From the NCBI RefSeq assembly GCF_009914755.1, contig NC_060937.1: a stretch of 64,000 nt of DNA, one strand, 5' to 3'. This document shows, piece by piece, positions 48,718 to 64,000 of the stretch. How positions within the stretch are numbered: the first letter of the stretch is position 1; each line of letters starts with the position of its first letter. A model generated the notes under the pieces. It ran no database searches. It was given only the letters and a program-made list of their open reading frames with translations, and was not told the origin of the DNA. Source of the DNA: the human T2T-CHM13v2.0 reference genome, Homo sapiens. A program made the position numbers and the translations under genes.

Positions 48718-49022
48718 GGCCAGGTGCAGTGGCTCACATCTGTAATCCCAGCACTTTGGGAGGCCAAGGAGGGTGTATCACTTGAGGTCAGGAGTTTGAG
48801 CCCAGCATGGCCAATAGGGTGAAACTCTGTCTCTACTAAAAACACAAAAATTAGCCAGGTGCGGTGTCATGCACCTGTAGTCCCAGCCACTCGGGAGGCT
48901 GAGGCAGGAGAATCGCTTGAACTCGGGAGCTGAAGTTTCAGTGAGCCAAGATGGCACCACTGCACTCCAGCCTGGGTAACAGAGCAAGACTCAATCTGAA
49001 AAACAACAACAAAAAAGAACAA
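48718..49022 (+). mobile_element. Alu (S-type)
   Basis: Full body, AAC-rich tail. Confidence 0.96.
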
Positions 49023-50456
49023 CAATTTTCTCCGAAGCAGTGAGGCTTAAACATCTGCATTTGCTTCAGATGGAGAGAAAGGGAGAACTATAAATGCTAG
49101 CCATTCCTCCTGAAGAAAAAAATGCCTCTTTTTCTCTCTTTCTGTCTTTCTCCCTCTCTTTTGGCCACAAAGTGTATGTTAAAGTTTAGGCAAGTTTCAA
49201 ACACAAAAAATTATATTTTCATATCTTGCATTTTAGGCTAATCTGGAAGTTTAGCTTAAACTCAATATGGAAACAATGCGAATTAAGTTTTGAATCATGT
49301 CAGCTGTGAAGCTGCCCCTCTCTCATCCCTCCCATCCATGTCCCAGGCCATTATTTCCGTTATGTCAGCAGAGTCTGTCCCTCCACACAGTCATGTTTGG
49401 AGCTCCCCTTCTGTGTCTGCAATTTTCCAGGGAGCACAGGAGCGTGGAGTTTGAGACTTTCAGGATTTTCCCCTTAGTTCTTCTGCCGAGCCACTGCCAG
49501 GAGAGGAGGGATCCATGGAGTTCAACCCTGACTCCAACTCCTCTGCTCTCTGCACCGGCCAAGGAGTGCCCACCATCTCAGTGTCTTCAGGCCTTTCCGG
49601 GAGCCACATTAGCTCTCCTGAGTCACCAGAGTGCTGGCCTTGCTGCATTGGCCTTGCCCAGGGGACCCCCCAGCAGACAGACCCCCACTGGCCACCACCC
49701 CACAGCCTGAAAGGTAACTGGTAGGGCACGCGGCCCCCACTCCTAGAAAGTGGCTGCTGAGAAATCCATCATCCAGGCCACGGCAGTACTAGTCCCAGAC
49801 ACCTTTCCTCCCACTTGCCCTGAGCTCTTTTCAAAAGACTAGGGCGGAGGTTCTCAAGGGCCTTCTTTTTCCTTCCTACCAGAAGCCTGAGTGCGCTGAC
49901 TCCTAACTATGAGCTCTCCCGTGTCCCCCTGTGCCTTTGCCAAGGGTTGCCACCCCATCTTCCATTTTCCTCTCTTTCCTTCCCTACCATTCCTTGTCTC
50001 CACCTTCACCATTGTTTTTTATTTTTATGTTCTTTACCTTTTATCCCTGTCTTTCTCTCTGAACACTCCCATTTCCATCACTCCCTGCAAAGCCAGCTCC
50101 CTCCCTGGGTCATAGCCCCTTCCCCAAAAAGGAAGGCCCTCTTCCAGCCCTGCCTGCACCCCCAACCCTTCTCGCCCCTCCACATATCCAAATGCTTCTG
50201 GATTTCCAGGCCCATCTCCCTTTTCCCCCTGCCCCTGCCTCAGCTTACTCCCCGCTGCACTACATGCCGCAGGGCCAGGGCCAGTCTGTGGTTTCATTTT
50301 CTTTTGTTTCTTGTTTCTCGTATGCCAACTTTTCCCTCCCGCTGCCTCCCCTCCCCTCCCCCTGCCTCCCCTCCCCTCCCCACTGTGAGCTCTTTAGGGA
50401 TAGGTAATACACCCATATTTCCTTTTGGTTCCCCTCACAGCCTGGAAGGTGCTTTA

Positions 50457-51072
<616 letters not shown>

Positions 51073-51073
51073 A

Positions 51074-51390
51074 GGCCGGGTGCGGCGGCTCACGCCTGTA
51101 ATCCCAGTGCTTTGGGAGGCTGAGGTGGGTGGATCACGAGGTCAGGAGATCGAGACCATCCTGGCTAACATGGTGAAACCTGGTCTCTACTAAAAATTCA
51201 AAAAATTAGCCAGGCATGGTGGCAGGCGCCTGTAGTCCCAGCTACTCAGGAGGCTGAGGCAGGAGAATGGCATGAACCTGGGAGGCGGAGGTTGCAGTGA
51301 GCTGAGATCGTGCTACTGCACTCTAGCCTGAGCGACAGAGTGAGACTCCGTCTCAAAACAAACAAACAAAAAAAAACAACAAAAAATCCC
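51074..51390 (+). mobile_element. Alu (Y/Sc-like)
   Basis: gaccatcctggctaacatgg; ggagaatggcatgaac. Confidence 0.96.
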
Positions 51391-51519
51391 AAAAAACACT
51401 TGCTGACTGGTTGATGCAGATATTGAATGAGGTGATCGAGCCAGTCTGGCTTCTTGCAGGACTAAGGTCAAGCCTCTGAGCTGAGTTGTCTTCTCTGACA
51501 AGTCCATGGGGAGAACTGG

Positions 51520-51730
51520 AGTGTAGGCCTGGGTGGGAGCCCAGGCTTTGGAGCAGAGAATTACAGAATCAAATCCTGGCTCTATCACTGACCAGCTGGG
51601 GGACATCGGCAAGTGATCCCACCATTGTGAGCCTCAGTTTCTTCATCATTAAATGGGGATGATAATAGCCTTTGGGTTGCTGTGAAGGTTAGATGGGATG
51701 GTGTTTTAAAGGACCACTGCATGCTGTTTT
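51520..51730 (+). mobile_element. MIR
   Basis: gagcctcagtttcttcatcattaaatggggatgataatag. Confidence 0.75.
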
Positions 51731-52189
51731 ATTCTCTCCTTCAGCCCCTGCTTGTGAAGACACAGGGGCCAAGCCCTGGGGGGACAGCATCCCTGGAGTG
51801 CTGTCAGTGTCAACTGAGAGAGAATATATGAGCCAGGGAAGCAGAGGGGTAGCAGCACCCAGGTCCAGCTGGCTAGGGCTGCTCACAGTTACTCTGGGAT
51901 ACTGGGAAAGTTATGCCAATACATCAGGGATGGATGTGCAACCTATTCTTGCTCACACTCCACATCTGCTCCCCCTGTCAGCTTCCTTAGGCAGATGCTG
52001 ATGACTTTGGGGCCCTGGGAGAGTGCAGACAGAGAGCCTTTCTAGATTTATCCTCTGGGTGAGGCTGTGGGGCTCCTGGGATGCAGATGGTGTTGGCCTC
52101 ACTGCCCCTGACAGAGAATGGGATCCCACCCTGTGTGCTCAGTTACAGTTCATGCCCCATCATGATGTGATGATTCTGCAATGTCACCA

Positions 52190-52710
52190 GGGTCAGAGCA
52201 GGCACTTTGGAGTCACACAGACATTGGTTCAAATTCTTCAACAACTGGCTGTGTGATCATGGCCAGTAACTCAATCTGCTTGAGCTTTGATTTTCCTATC
52301 TGTAAAAATGGGGATTGGACTGCACAGTGGCTCACACCTATAATCCCACTGCACTGGGAGGCTGAGGCAGTAGGATTGCTTGAGGCCAGGAGTTTGAGAC
52401 CAGCTTGGGCAACAAGACCCTCATCTCTACCAAAAATTTTAAAAATTAGCCAGGTGTGGTGGTGCATGCCTATAGTCCTAGCTATTTGAGAGACTGAGGT
52501 GGAGGGTGTTTCTTGATTGTGCCTGGGAAGTCAAGGCTGCAGTGAGCTATGACGGCGCCAATGCACCCCAGCCTGGTCGACAGAGCAAGACTTCATCTCA
52601 AAAAAAAAAGGAGGGGGGATGATTACATCAACCTCATGAAATAAAGATAACATGAGATAAAGCGTGCCAAGCTTCTAGTAGAGGCCAAAGAGAATGCTCT
52701 CAATAAAACA
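52190..52710 (+). mobile_element. MIR split by AluJ (52317-52609, +)
   Basis: MIR core ttttcctatctgtaaaaatgggga resumes after the Alu tail. Confidence 0.85.
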
Positions 52711-53174
52711 TACCAGAACATACCAGGCCCAGAGGTACCATGTGCCATGACCTATTGACTAGAGAAGAATGCGGAGGAAATGAAAAGTACAACTTCATGG
52801 AGACACAAATGCTGGGGTTTGGAGCTAATGCTGAGAAGACGCCCCTCTGGACTGACAGACTCCAACTCTCTGAGCTCAAGACTGACTGTCTTTATTCTGA
52901 AATTTCTGAAGGGGTCATGGGGGATACCATAGGCCACATGCACACGAGGGTCTAGGCATCATGGTAGCTTGAGCAACCGAGTCCTCCCACTGTGGGGTTT
53001 TCATGTGTGTGAGATGTGAAACGTAGCATGCCCTGACATCATTTTAATAAGGCTCAGGCACTTTCAGGGGATGCTCCAGAGTCTTTCACTGAAACCATTG
53101 TGCTGTCAAAAGCTGACATTATAACGACATTGCAGAAGGGACTCCCTGAGAAATCACTGCTCATTCCCTTTCAG

Positions 53175-53244
53175 GCAGTTCGTTTACCTGCAGAAGCTGG
53201 ACCCGCTGCTCTGCTCTGCAGCATCTGGCGATTGACATGATCCT
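53175..53244 (+). other. Candidate internal exon (70 nt)
   Basis: Acceptor tcattccctttcag|, donor CCT|GTAAGT, unique sequence. Confidence 0.4.
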
Positions 53245-53499
53245 GTAAGTCAATTTTGCAGCTGAGTGGACTGAGGTCCCAGAAAGCCAAAGGCCTGAAG
53301 TGGAAAATATAGAGCAGGTGACTCATTAAGCCTTGAGTCTAGGACTTGAGCCCCAAGGAACAGCCTACACACTGCTGATCTTATTGGATATTAGGAGGCC
53401 TGATTGGACTGTGGCCTCGTTTTAGGCCAGCATAGGAAGGAAGAGAGAGCTTGAGAATATTTTCCACTGCTGATTTTTCAGGGATTTTAATGCATTTAT

Positions 53500-54290
53500 T
53501 CTCCTACCCAGCGCACTTTGATTCTTCATCCAATTCCCACTGTCTGCCTAAAACTTTCCCCTTTCCCCTTCCATTCTGTTCTATCCAAGGTGCTTGCAAA
53601 TGTCCTCCCTTCTCTCCAGATGCTCCCTACCTCTGTCCCAACTAGGCGGATGGTCATGAGAAGACTGAGGCCCACTGGAATGATCTCTGGCCATCTCCCC
53701 TCCACTCCAATATATTTCTGGTTTGTCACCTCCCCTGCCCTCCACTTTCCAGTTTCAGAAGATTAGGTGGACATTTTCCTCAACAGAGCCAACCTTGGAG
53801 GCCATCATTTCTGTTGGGACCCTGTGTTCTCTCCTGTAGTCTGGATTGTTTCTCTTTTTCTCCACTGGCCCTTCTCCAGCTTTCAGACACTTGACCCGCT
53901 CCCCCAGTTCTACTTCTTTTCACTGGTGAGCTTCTTTACCAGTCATCCTCATCTGCCGCCAACATTATCTGGGGCATATCCCTGGGGCAGCTTACACCTC
54001 CTCAGTGGGGACCTTCCCTAGCTTCTTATTCAGATGACACCCCTGACATCAGGGGCATCTCTCCAATGGTCAAGCTGCGCAGTGCCCATCCCTTAATACT
54101 CTGTAATCTTGGGTGCTCTTAGCAACCCATCTTCCTTGAAGCTCTTTCCTCAGAGGGCCTCCGTGACATTCAATTCTCTGAGTTCTCATCATTCTTCTGA
54201 ACTGTTTCTCTCTCATTCCCTTGGCATCTCTTCCTCTTTTCATACCAGATCTATGCAACTTTTGGCTCAATGCATTATTTCCGTATTTTC
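53500..54290 (+). mobile_element. L2 relic
   Basis: C/T-rich degenerate sequence typical of L2 ORF2 sense strand. Confidence 0.5.
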
Positions 54291-54600
<310 letters not shown>

Positions 54601-55840
54601 CATTCCCCTATTTTCTATTCTTTTTCTGAAAACGCACTCATTCTCATTTCTCTAAGTTCTTTGGGGGAGGAGATGACCCTCAAAGCTGGACTAAGACAAG
54701 GTGTGGGTTTAAGAAGAAAATGAGAAATAGTTGGTAAAGGAAACTGAGATATTGAGAATGTGGGAGGTGCTTGTTTATTTTTGGGTTTGTTGGCATTTTA
54801 AGGGATTGTTCCAGCATATCCCGTCATTGTTCATTCCCTGGCTTCCTAGTTCCTCCCTTGCATTATGCAAATATTAATTCAATATTCTATTTATGGATTC
54901 AGGAACCATAGTCTTAAGCTGTATTGTTTACTGGGTGACTTCAAGATGAATGACAGGTCTAAAACCCTTCCTGCCTGGTTTGTGAAAACCAATCTTCTGT
55001 GCCTCAGCCATTCTGACGAGATGTGATGTAGGACTGACCTTTGCATGGACTGATCGGGGGATACACAGATCCCCGGCTGGGCATGATCCATTGGTTTGAT
55101 TGTGCAGAGCCGGCCTTATTCAGGATGGCTTGCATAGCTTTTATTTGTAGGAGTATTCCTGTTTCAGAAGCAGAGTGCTGCCCAGGATGAGGGAGTGCCA
55201 ACTATTCCTTTTCTATTATCCTCTCATTTCTAGGGAACAACATTTGAACAGCATCCACACTAAGCATCCCTAAAACTTGCCCTCAAGGCCAAGAGGCTTC
55301 CTTTTCCAGTCTTTAAATCAGTCTCTGTGTCCGCATCTGGCTTTTAAGATTTTTGTGAACTCCATCAACATCACTGACAAACTGGGAGATGCCCAAATCT
55401 CAACAGAAATCAATCAAAGGTTACAATTTTAGGGAAAAAAAAGTTGCTTTGTTTTCTGACTTGTACCACAAACAGTGGCTCCAATCTGTCATTATGACTG
55501 AGAACATGTCACAACAATCTGTTTTGATTCTTTAGGAAAGAAAGGCATCTTGCTCTCCTCCAGCTACAGCTAATTTGGAAAATTTGCAAGCTGACATGCA
55601 ACTTGATTAAAATGACCTGGAGCCACCAATTCTTTCAAAATGCAACTCAGTGCTTACAATCCCAGACCTCCTGTAATCCAGTTATCTCCTCTAAAGCTTT
55701 TTTGGGGAGGAAGGGAGGAGATGGGGAAGAGGAAGAGCTATATGTTATAACCCACATAGAGATTTTAAATTATTTATATTTTCCCCCTTCAACTCTACTG
55801 TCACTATAGATTTCCTTCACAGCCTAGAGAGGAAAAGTAA

Positions 55841-56153
<313 letters not shown>

Positions 56154-56822
56154 AAGTCTGACATTTCTAAGTGATTGGTGTGGGTTTCATAGTTCTGGGT
56201 ACAGAGCAGGGACATCATCCAAGTGAAGCACCAGGGTTGAAGCTGGAGACTTTTGACATTGTGGTTTCACTCCTATTCCATAGTTTTAGAAAATATATAG
56301 GAATCTGTCCCAGTTTGAATGGGCTCACCCCACTTGGTCTTTGTCAAACCCTGGCTACATTGAGAGTATTGGTATTTCCTTCTTGGAAAACCAATGGGTA
56401 AAACAAAACAATCACAGTCTGGCCAATTCCAGCAGTGGGAACCATAAGGTCCTACATGATGGAAACTGAGGCAGTGTTCAGAAGTCAGAGTTTAGGTTTG
56501 GTCTATAAATATGTTTCTGTGAATATCTTGGCTTTCTTTATGGCTTCTACAAATGTGTATTATTGGCCCATCAGTGAAGGAGGATGTTAACGTAGGAGGT
56601 ATTAATGTGAGCTGCTGTGGGTGCCCACAGCTGCATTGTTCACTAAGACAATGTATAATTACTAAGAGACAATATATAATTACATGTTGAATTGTGTGCT
56701 GCAAACTGTAAGTGTTGACGTTTTAGCTTGGAGATGGGAGTGCCAATACTGGTTGAGACCACATACACACAGACACTCATTTGTTGGGAACTGTACAGTA
56801 ATGAGAATCATTCCTGAATCCT

Positions 56823-56836
56823 GTTGCCTTGGCAAC
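56823..56836. promoter_or_regulatory. RFX X-box motif
   Basis: GTTGCCTTGGCAAC with perfect arms; extra half-site ctagcaac ~30 bp downstream. Confidence 0.6.
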
Positions 56837-57780
56837 CTTTCCTAAAATGATGTCGATAAAGAGCTAGCAACACTTATCAATGAAGCCAGCATGTCTTGGG
56901 AAGGAAAGCTGCTGAAAACAAGGCATCAAGCATCAGACCAAACTGGCATTTAGAGGGATGGCTCTGTCTAAAGTCTGGTAAAGATGAGAAATGTGGGATC
57001 AGATATTAAGGTCATGGTTATCAGCAATAGCCCCCATGACACCCTGGCCAAACGCATATCCACTGTCAAGGTGGTGGGACATTCACCAGCTCAGGCTCCA
57101 GCTCTTGCTCATGGCAGATCTTCTGTTTTTGTGTGGTTGGGCAATACCTGAGATGCCAGAAGGGACACCCTAGGGTGAGGCAGCAACCCTGTCTGGAAGA
57201 CATACAACTCCAGGGTAGCAAGGATGTCTGGACATTTTCCCTCTTCCTGGTCACTCTTGGCTTAATGTAAATTTCTGGTCTGATTTGGTTTTTGTAACAC
57301 TCTGAGGTGGTAAAGGAGGACTGATATAGTTAGTCCCTTTTTAAAGATAACAAAAATAAGGCCAGCAAAGATTAAGTAACTTGTTTATGCTGTCTTAGAG
57401 ACAAGTCAGTGCTAAAACCAGGGATTTGATTTGTTCTTCCTGCCAGGTGGTATGGAATCCTTCAGGAATCCCACTGTCCACCTACCCCACCTCAGGACCT
57501 GCAACATTTCTAATTTCTTACTCAGCACAGCTGACAAGGGCTCACTCTGTGGGTCTGGGTTCAAGTCCTGCCTGTGCAGACTGAACTCTGACTCAGGCTC
57601 CTGAAGTCAGGTGAACAGGGCAGGGCAGCTGACTCCTGCATCACCCTGGGCTGAGGCAGGCAAAGCTCCTCTGGTGCCCGCACCAGATCAGGTGCCTCTT
57701 CTGGTTTTCAGTGAAGAAAGACTGATGAACCTCTCTGGGAATAATATTTTATCTTGACAATATCAATAAAAAGATTGTGA

Positions 57781-58186
<406 letters not shown>

Positions 58187-58502
58187 TGACTGCGTTCAGA
58201 CCAAAACATTTATCCAGGCATCTTCCAGACATGGGACTTCAATAATTGTTTACATTAGTGTCAATCCTGAGATTGAATGAACAAAAGGGTACAAATTTGC
58301 ATGCTGTTAAAGGCCATCTACAAAAAACACTCAGAGAAAAAGATTAGAGCATAAATTGCCTATAGTGGCATCTATCTAACCCCTGGGCTCCTAAGAGGAG
58401 CAAAACTCTTATAAAAAGCCCCTTTGCCCTTGTTAATTACAGAATAACAGATTGGAAGGGGCAATATCCTCCTACTATATTCCTTCATATGCCACAGTTT
58501 GT

Positions 58503-58655
58503 TCCCTCCCTCCCTCCCCTTCCTTCCTTCCTTTCCTCCCTCCCTCCCTCCCTCCCTCCTTCCTTCCTTCCTTCCTTCCTTCCTTCCTTCCTTCCTTCCT
58601 TCCTTCCTTCCTTCCTTCCTACCTTCCTTCCTTCTTTCCTTCCCTCCCTCCCTTT
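58503..58655. repeat. (TTCC)n/(TCCC)n polypyrimidine repeat
   Basis: Direct inspection. Confidence 0.95.
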
Positions 58656-59010
58656 CCACTCTATTTATTGTGCCCTGACTGTTTCATCAAGCACAGCTCT
58701 GGACTGGGGATATGAAGGTAACTGAGGTAGAGACCTTGCCCATATAGGGTTCTTCTTCTGGTTGGAAATAGACACAAGGTTTTGATGACCTCTCACCAAA
58801 GTCATGTGGGTACACAGAGAAGATCAACAAGGTCAAGGTGAGGAAAGGGCTCATGGAGCAGGTGACCTTTCTCTTGGGATCCAGAGGAGGGTAAGAATTT
58901 GCCAGTTGGAGAAAGTATTTGTGGGAGGGGAAGGGACTATCTAGGCAAAAGGAATGGCATGATTAAAGGTGCGATGACAAAAAGCAGTGGCTTAGGGAAT
59001 ATATTCAGTT
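58655..59010 (-). mobile_element. L2 3' relic
   Basis: tatttattgtgccctgactgt...; ctaggcaaaaggaatggcatg. Confidence 0.6.
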
Positions 59011-59016
59011 ACTGGA

Positions 59017-59420
59017 TGTGGCAGAAAAACCACAACAAAATTTGCATTCTCTAATACCATAGAATAGCTGCCCAGCCACAGACTACATTTCCCAAATGCA
59101 TTTGTGCCCAGATGGGGACATGTAACTAGTATTCTTATCAATGGTTAAGGCGGTCAAGAAGTGAACCTACTTTTCCATTCTGTATTCCCTATCTGCTGAC
59201 TAGGATGCTAAAGATTCTGAATGCCAGGCAATGGAAAAGTCACCAAATGGAAGAAACCTGGGCCTTGAATCACTATGGATGACCACCCACTGACAAGTGA
59301 CTCCTGCATTTCACTAATAGTACCATGTCAGTAAGCAGTACATTTTTATTGTGGAAGGCACTGAAAAAAATTGGGATTTCTTTATTACTGGAGCTGGCAT
59401 TACCCTAGGTGTGACCAGAT
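59017..59420 (+). mobile_element. Old MLT1-type LTR
   Basis: cacagactacatttcccaaatgc; ggaagaaacctgggcc. Confidence 0.6.
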
Positions 59421-59993
59421 GGCATCTTAATATGCGTTCAAAAAGAAAGGAAGAAAAGAAAGAAAGAAAGAGAGAGAGACAGAAAAGATTCCATAGTGAA
59501 CTAAAGTTGAGAAACACTGAATTCAGCAGGCTTCATGATTGCAGGATGTTACAAGCTTTTAATATGTTAAGGTATATTATGAATCTCCAAGAGAGATCTA
59601 GTGTGCAGTGTTTTCTTAATGTCTTTGGCCATGCAATGATTTTGTTAATACTTGTGAACATACTGTGGTTCTTTAGAAGTCAGTTAGAGGAAAGCTAAAG
59701 TCAACACATGGCAATGTGTTGAGGTAGGAAAGGCAGGGCCCGTGGGATGCTCCCTTCCTTCCCCCTCCCTCCCCACTCCCTCAAGTTCTGGCTTCTAAGC
59801 TTTTCTCTCAGCCCTCAAATGAGGCATGCTTGGTATTGTGTTTCTGGTCTTTGCTCTGCCTGGATTTTTCTCCATTAATTTATTCAGCTTTTTTCCTCAA
59901 AGCCCAGCTTTCTTTGTGAACCGCATCTCCAAGTCAGAGTGAATTCTGTCCCTCTTGGCCTTCATAGCACATGGCTTCCATTTCTGCTTTTCA

Positions 59994-61195
<1,202 letters not shown>

Positions 61196-61554
61196 CTCCA
61201 AGGCCTGAGCACTACTAGTTTCCACATTGAATAAAATTTTGCTGCATAAAATAGAACAAAAGAGCACCATCAGATCTTTAGCCATGGGGTGGCCTTCACC
61301 ACTGTGCAGTGTTTCCCTTCTCACCACTACAGCCTCCTTAGCAGTTAAAGGGGGAATATCTGTATGGGGCAAGTTTGGATGAGGCTCAGAAAAGTCTTGG
61401 GGCCCACGTGGACCTCCTATTGCTGGAAAGTCCATAGGCAGCTGTTGATTGAAGACTCACCCAACAGTGGCTGCTGGGCCATTCAGCCTGGACCACATAG
61501 ACATTGCTCAGTGGGTGGGGATGGTTTCATTCATTCATTCATTCGATCAACATA

Positions 61555-61858
61555 TTTTTTGTTTTGTTTTTTTTTTTGAGACAGAATCCCACCCTGTCTC
61601 CCAGGCTGGAGTGCAGTGGCACGATCTAGGCTCACTGTAACCCCCTGCCTTCTGGGTTCGTGCGATTCTCCTGCCTCAGCCTCCCGAGTAGCTGGGATTA
61701 CAGGCAGACACCACCACACCCGGCTAATCTTTGTATTTTTAGTGGAGACGGGGTTTCACCATGTTGGCCAGGCTGGTCTCAAACTCCTGACCTTGTGATC
61801 CACCCGCCTCAGCCTCCCAAAGTGCTGGGATTACAGGCGTGAGCCAACATGCCTGGCC
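61555..61858 (-). mobile_element. Alu (S-type)
   Basis: Full body. Confidence 0.96.
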
Positions 61859-61997
61859 TTCAACAAATATTTATTGACCACCTTCTGGGCACTCTTTTAG
61901 GTACTTGAGCTACATCAGTGAATAGAACAAAGATATCTGTCCTCATGGAGCTTATATTCCAGTAGGGGAGACAGACAAGGAGGGTTAAACATAATAA

Positions 61998-62283
<286 letters not shown>

Positions 62284-62876
62284 AATAAATTCTTATGTAA
62301 TATCTTAGAAGGCAATTTGTGCAAGACCAGTCGGGGGTGTTTGTGAGGCAGCTGGCAGTAGGGTGAAAAGGCGAGCTTAAGCAGGGATTGGGGAGGAGAG
62401 GAAGGCAGCCATGAGGATGGCTGGAGCATCCATGGAGGAGAGGGCTCATGCAGAGGCCCTCGGTGGGAGAGTGTCAGGCATGTTCAAGGAGCAGTAAGGA
62501 TGATGGGAGGTGACAGAGGTCACAGGAGCCCTATCCTGGTGGGATCTGGGAGGCTTTGCTTTGAGGATGCTTGAGATGGGGAGTTGTCAGATGATTGGAG
62601 CAGAGGAATCACAGGATCTGACTTACATGGCACACAGCTCCAACTGCGGTGCTGAGAAGAGATGAGGGTAGGACAGGCACATGGAGACCCACTGGGAGGT
62701 GTGTAATAAACCAGGTGAGAGGTGCTGGTGGCTGGCACCAGGGTGGTAGGAGCAGAAGTGGTAAGAAGTGATTAGATTCTGGATGCATTCTGTAGGCAGA
62801 AAAGGCTCTTCTGATGGAGTGTATGTGGGGTGTGAGTGAGAGGAGTCAAGGATGACTTGGTTATCTTGAGACTTCC

Positions 62877-63177
62877 AGTGGCTCACGCCTGTAATCCCGG
62901 CACTTCGAGAGGCTGAGGCGAGCAGGTCGCTTGAGCTCAGGAATTCAAGACCAGCTTGGGCAACATAGTGAAACCTCGTCTCTACCAAAAATACAAAAAT
63001 CAGCTGGGCATGGCGGCTCACGCCTGTAGTCCTAGCTACTTGGGAGGCTGAGGTGGGAAGATAGCTTGAGCCTGGGAGTTGGAGATTTCCATGAACTGAG
63101 ATCGCGCCACTGCACTCCAGCCTGGGTGACAGAGCAAGACCCTGTCTCAAAAAAACAAACAAACAAAAAAGCCAAAA
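62877..63177 (+). mobile_element. Alu (J-type), slightly 5'-truncated
   Basis: gcttgagctcaggaattcaag; gcttgagcctgggag. Confidence 0.93.
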
Positions 63178-63914
63178 AAGGAATGACTTGGCTGTCATGA
63201 GACTTCAGGTTCTGGTCCCTGATCATAAGAACTCCTTCTTTCCCTGGGGTGTCCTCCCTGCTCACCAGGTCTGGTGTCCTCCTCTCAACCCCATCCACCA
63301 TCCCATCCTGGGTCTTGATTCCCATCCCAGTCCAGTTTAACTGTCACCTGGTAGACACCCCTTCTCTTCTTTCCATCCATGGTTATAATGAAAACTCTCC
63401 CCTGCTTCCCCCAGGGCTTCACTTTGAGCTCTGAAGGCTTATTTTGAAAGCAAAAAATTTATTTTCTTCCCTTTGCAGTCCCACTAAAGCATTCCTAATT
63501 CTCCTTGAGGCCACATGAATGCCTCTGACTGATTCAAAAGCGAGTCATAAAAAGGAAAGCATGATTGATTAATATTTCAAGGAAACATGTTATTTAGTTT
63601 ACTTTTTGTATGTTTCTTACCACTTAGAATCTGGGAAATCTCTGGTGTTAGAGCCAAAAGATAACCAAGAGAGACTCAGGGAGGTTAACCCAGGCCCAGG
63701 GAGGTGAACCAAGATCTAGGGAGCTAACTGAGGCCAGGAAGGTAAAACAATCCACAGGTTAGTTTGTTTAGCAACTGGGCTGCAAGTTTTTCACTCTTGG
63801 AGAAATGGTTCTTCCATGACAATAAACCTGGGATGACCTAATCTGTTTCTGGGCTTTTTATCTGGACTTTCTGTTTTCATTGGCCTTTTCTTCCTCCTCA
63901 TTATCTCCCTCCAG

Positions 63915-64000
63915 ACAAGCTCTGCGGTTAAAGCCTCTTGGTTTCAGAGTTGATCCAGTTACATTATACATGAATAGCAGATGTGTTCCTAAAAGGCTCT
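63915..64000 (+). other. Candidate exon start (runs off window)
   Basis: Strong acceptor ccttttcttcctcctcattatctccctccag| with ~110 nt AG-free zone upstream. Confidence 0.45.

Noticed and set aside
58372-58725. KEGR/PSFL repeat ORFs (also 28295-28753)
   Set aside because: Translations of (TTCC)n microsatellites

Overview
Simian-primate (very probably human) euchromatic non-coding DNA. Features seen: about 35 Alu SINEs (J, S and Y types; many with target-site duplications, TSDs), MIR and L2 relics, old L1 fragments, MaLR solo LTRs (MST/MLT1), an ERV1-type LTR fragment, small DNA-transposon relics and microsatellites. There is no CpG island, tRNA, rRNA or CRISPR array, and no protein-coding gene I can recognise. 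Nearly all listed ORFs are Alu/L1/simple-repeat translations or chance ORFs. The most interesting non-repeat signal is a set of four + strand exon candidates (ending 38803; 46231-46378; 53175-53244; starting 63915). The last three splice in phase into a 95+ codon ORF still open at the window end, and the first supplies a uORF whose stop overlaps that ORF's ATG. Also noted: two near-consensus RFX X-boxes, a ~110-150 bp hairpin-bearing local duplication, enhancer-like unique segments and several unusual retrotransposon insertion architectures. Repeat subfamily calls are from memory of consensus sequences and boundaries are approximate; nothing was searched or computed.
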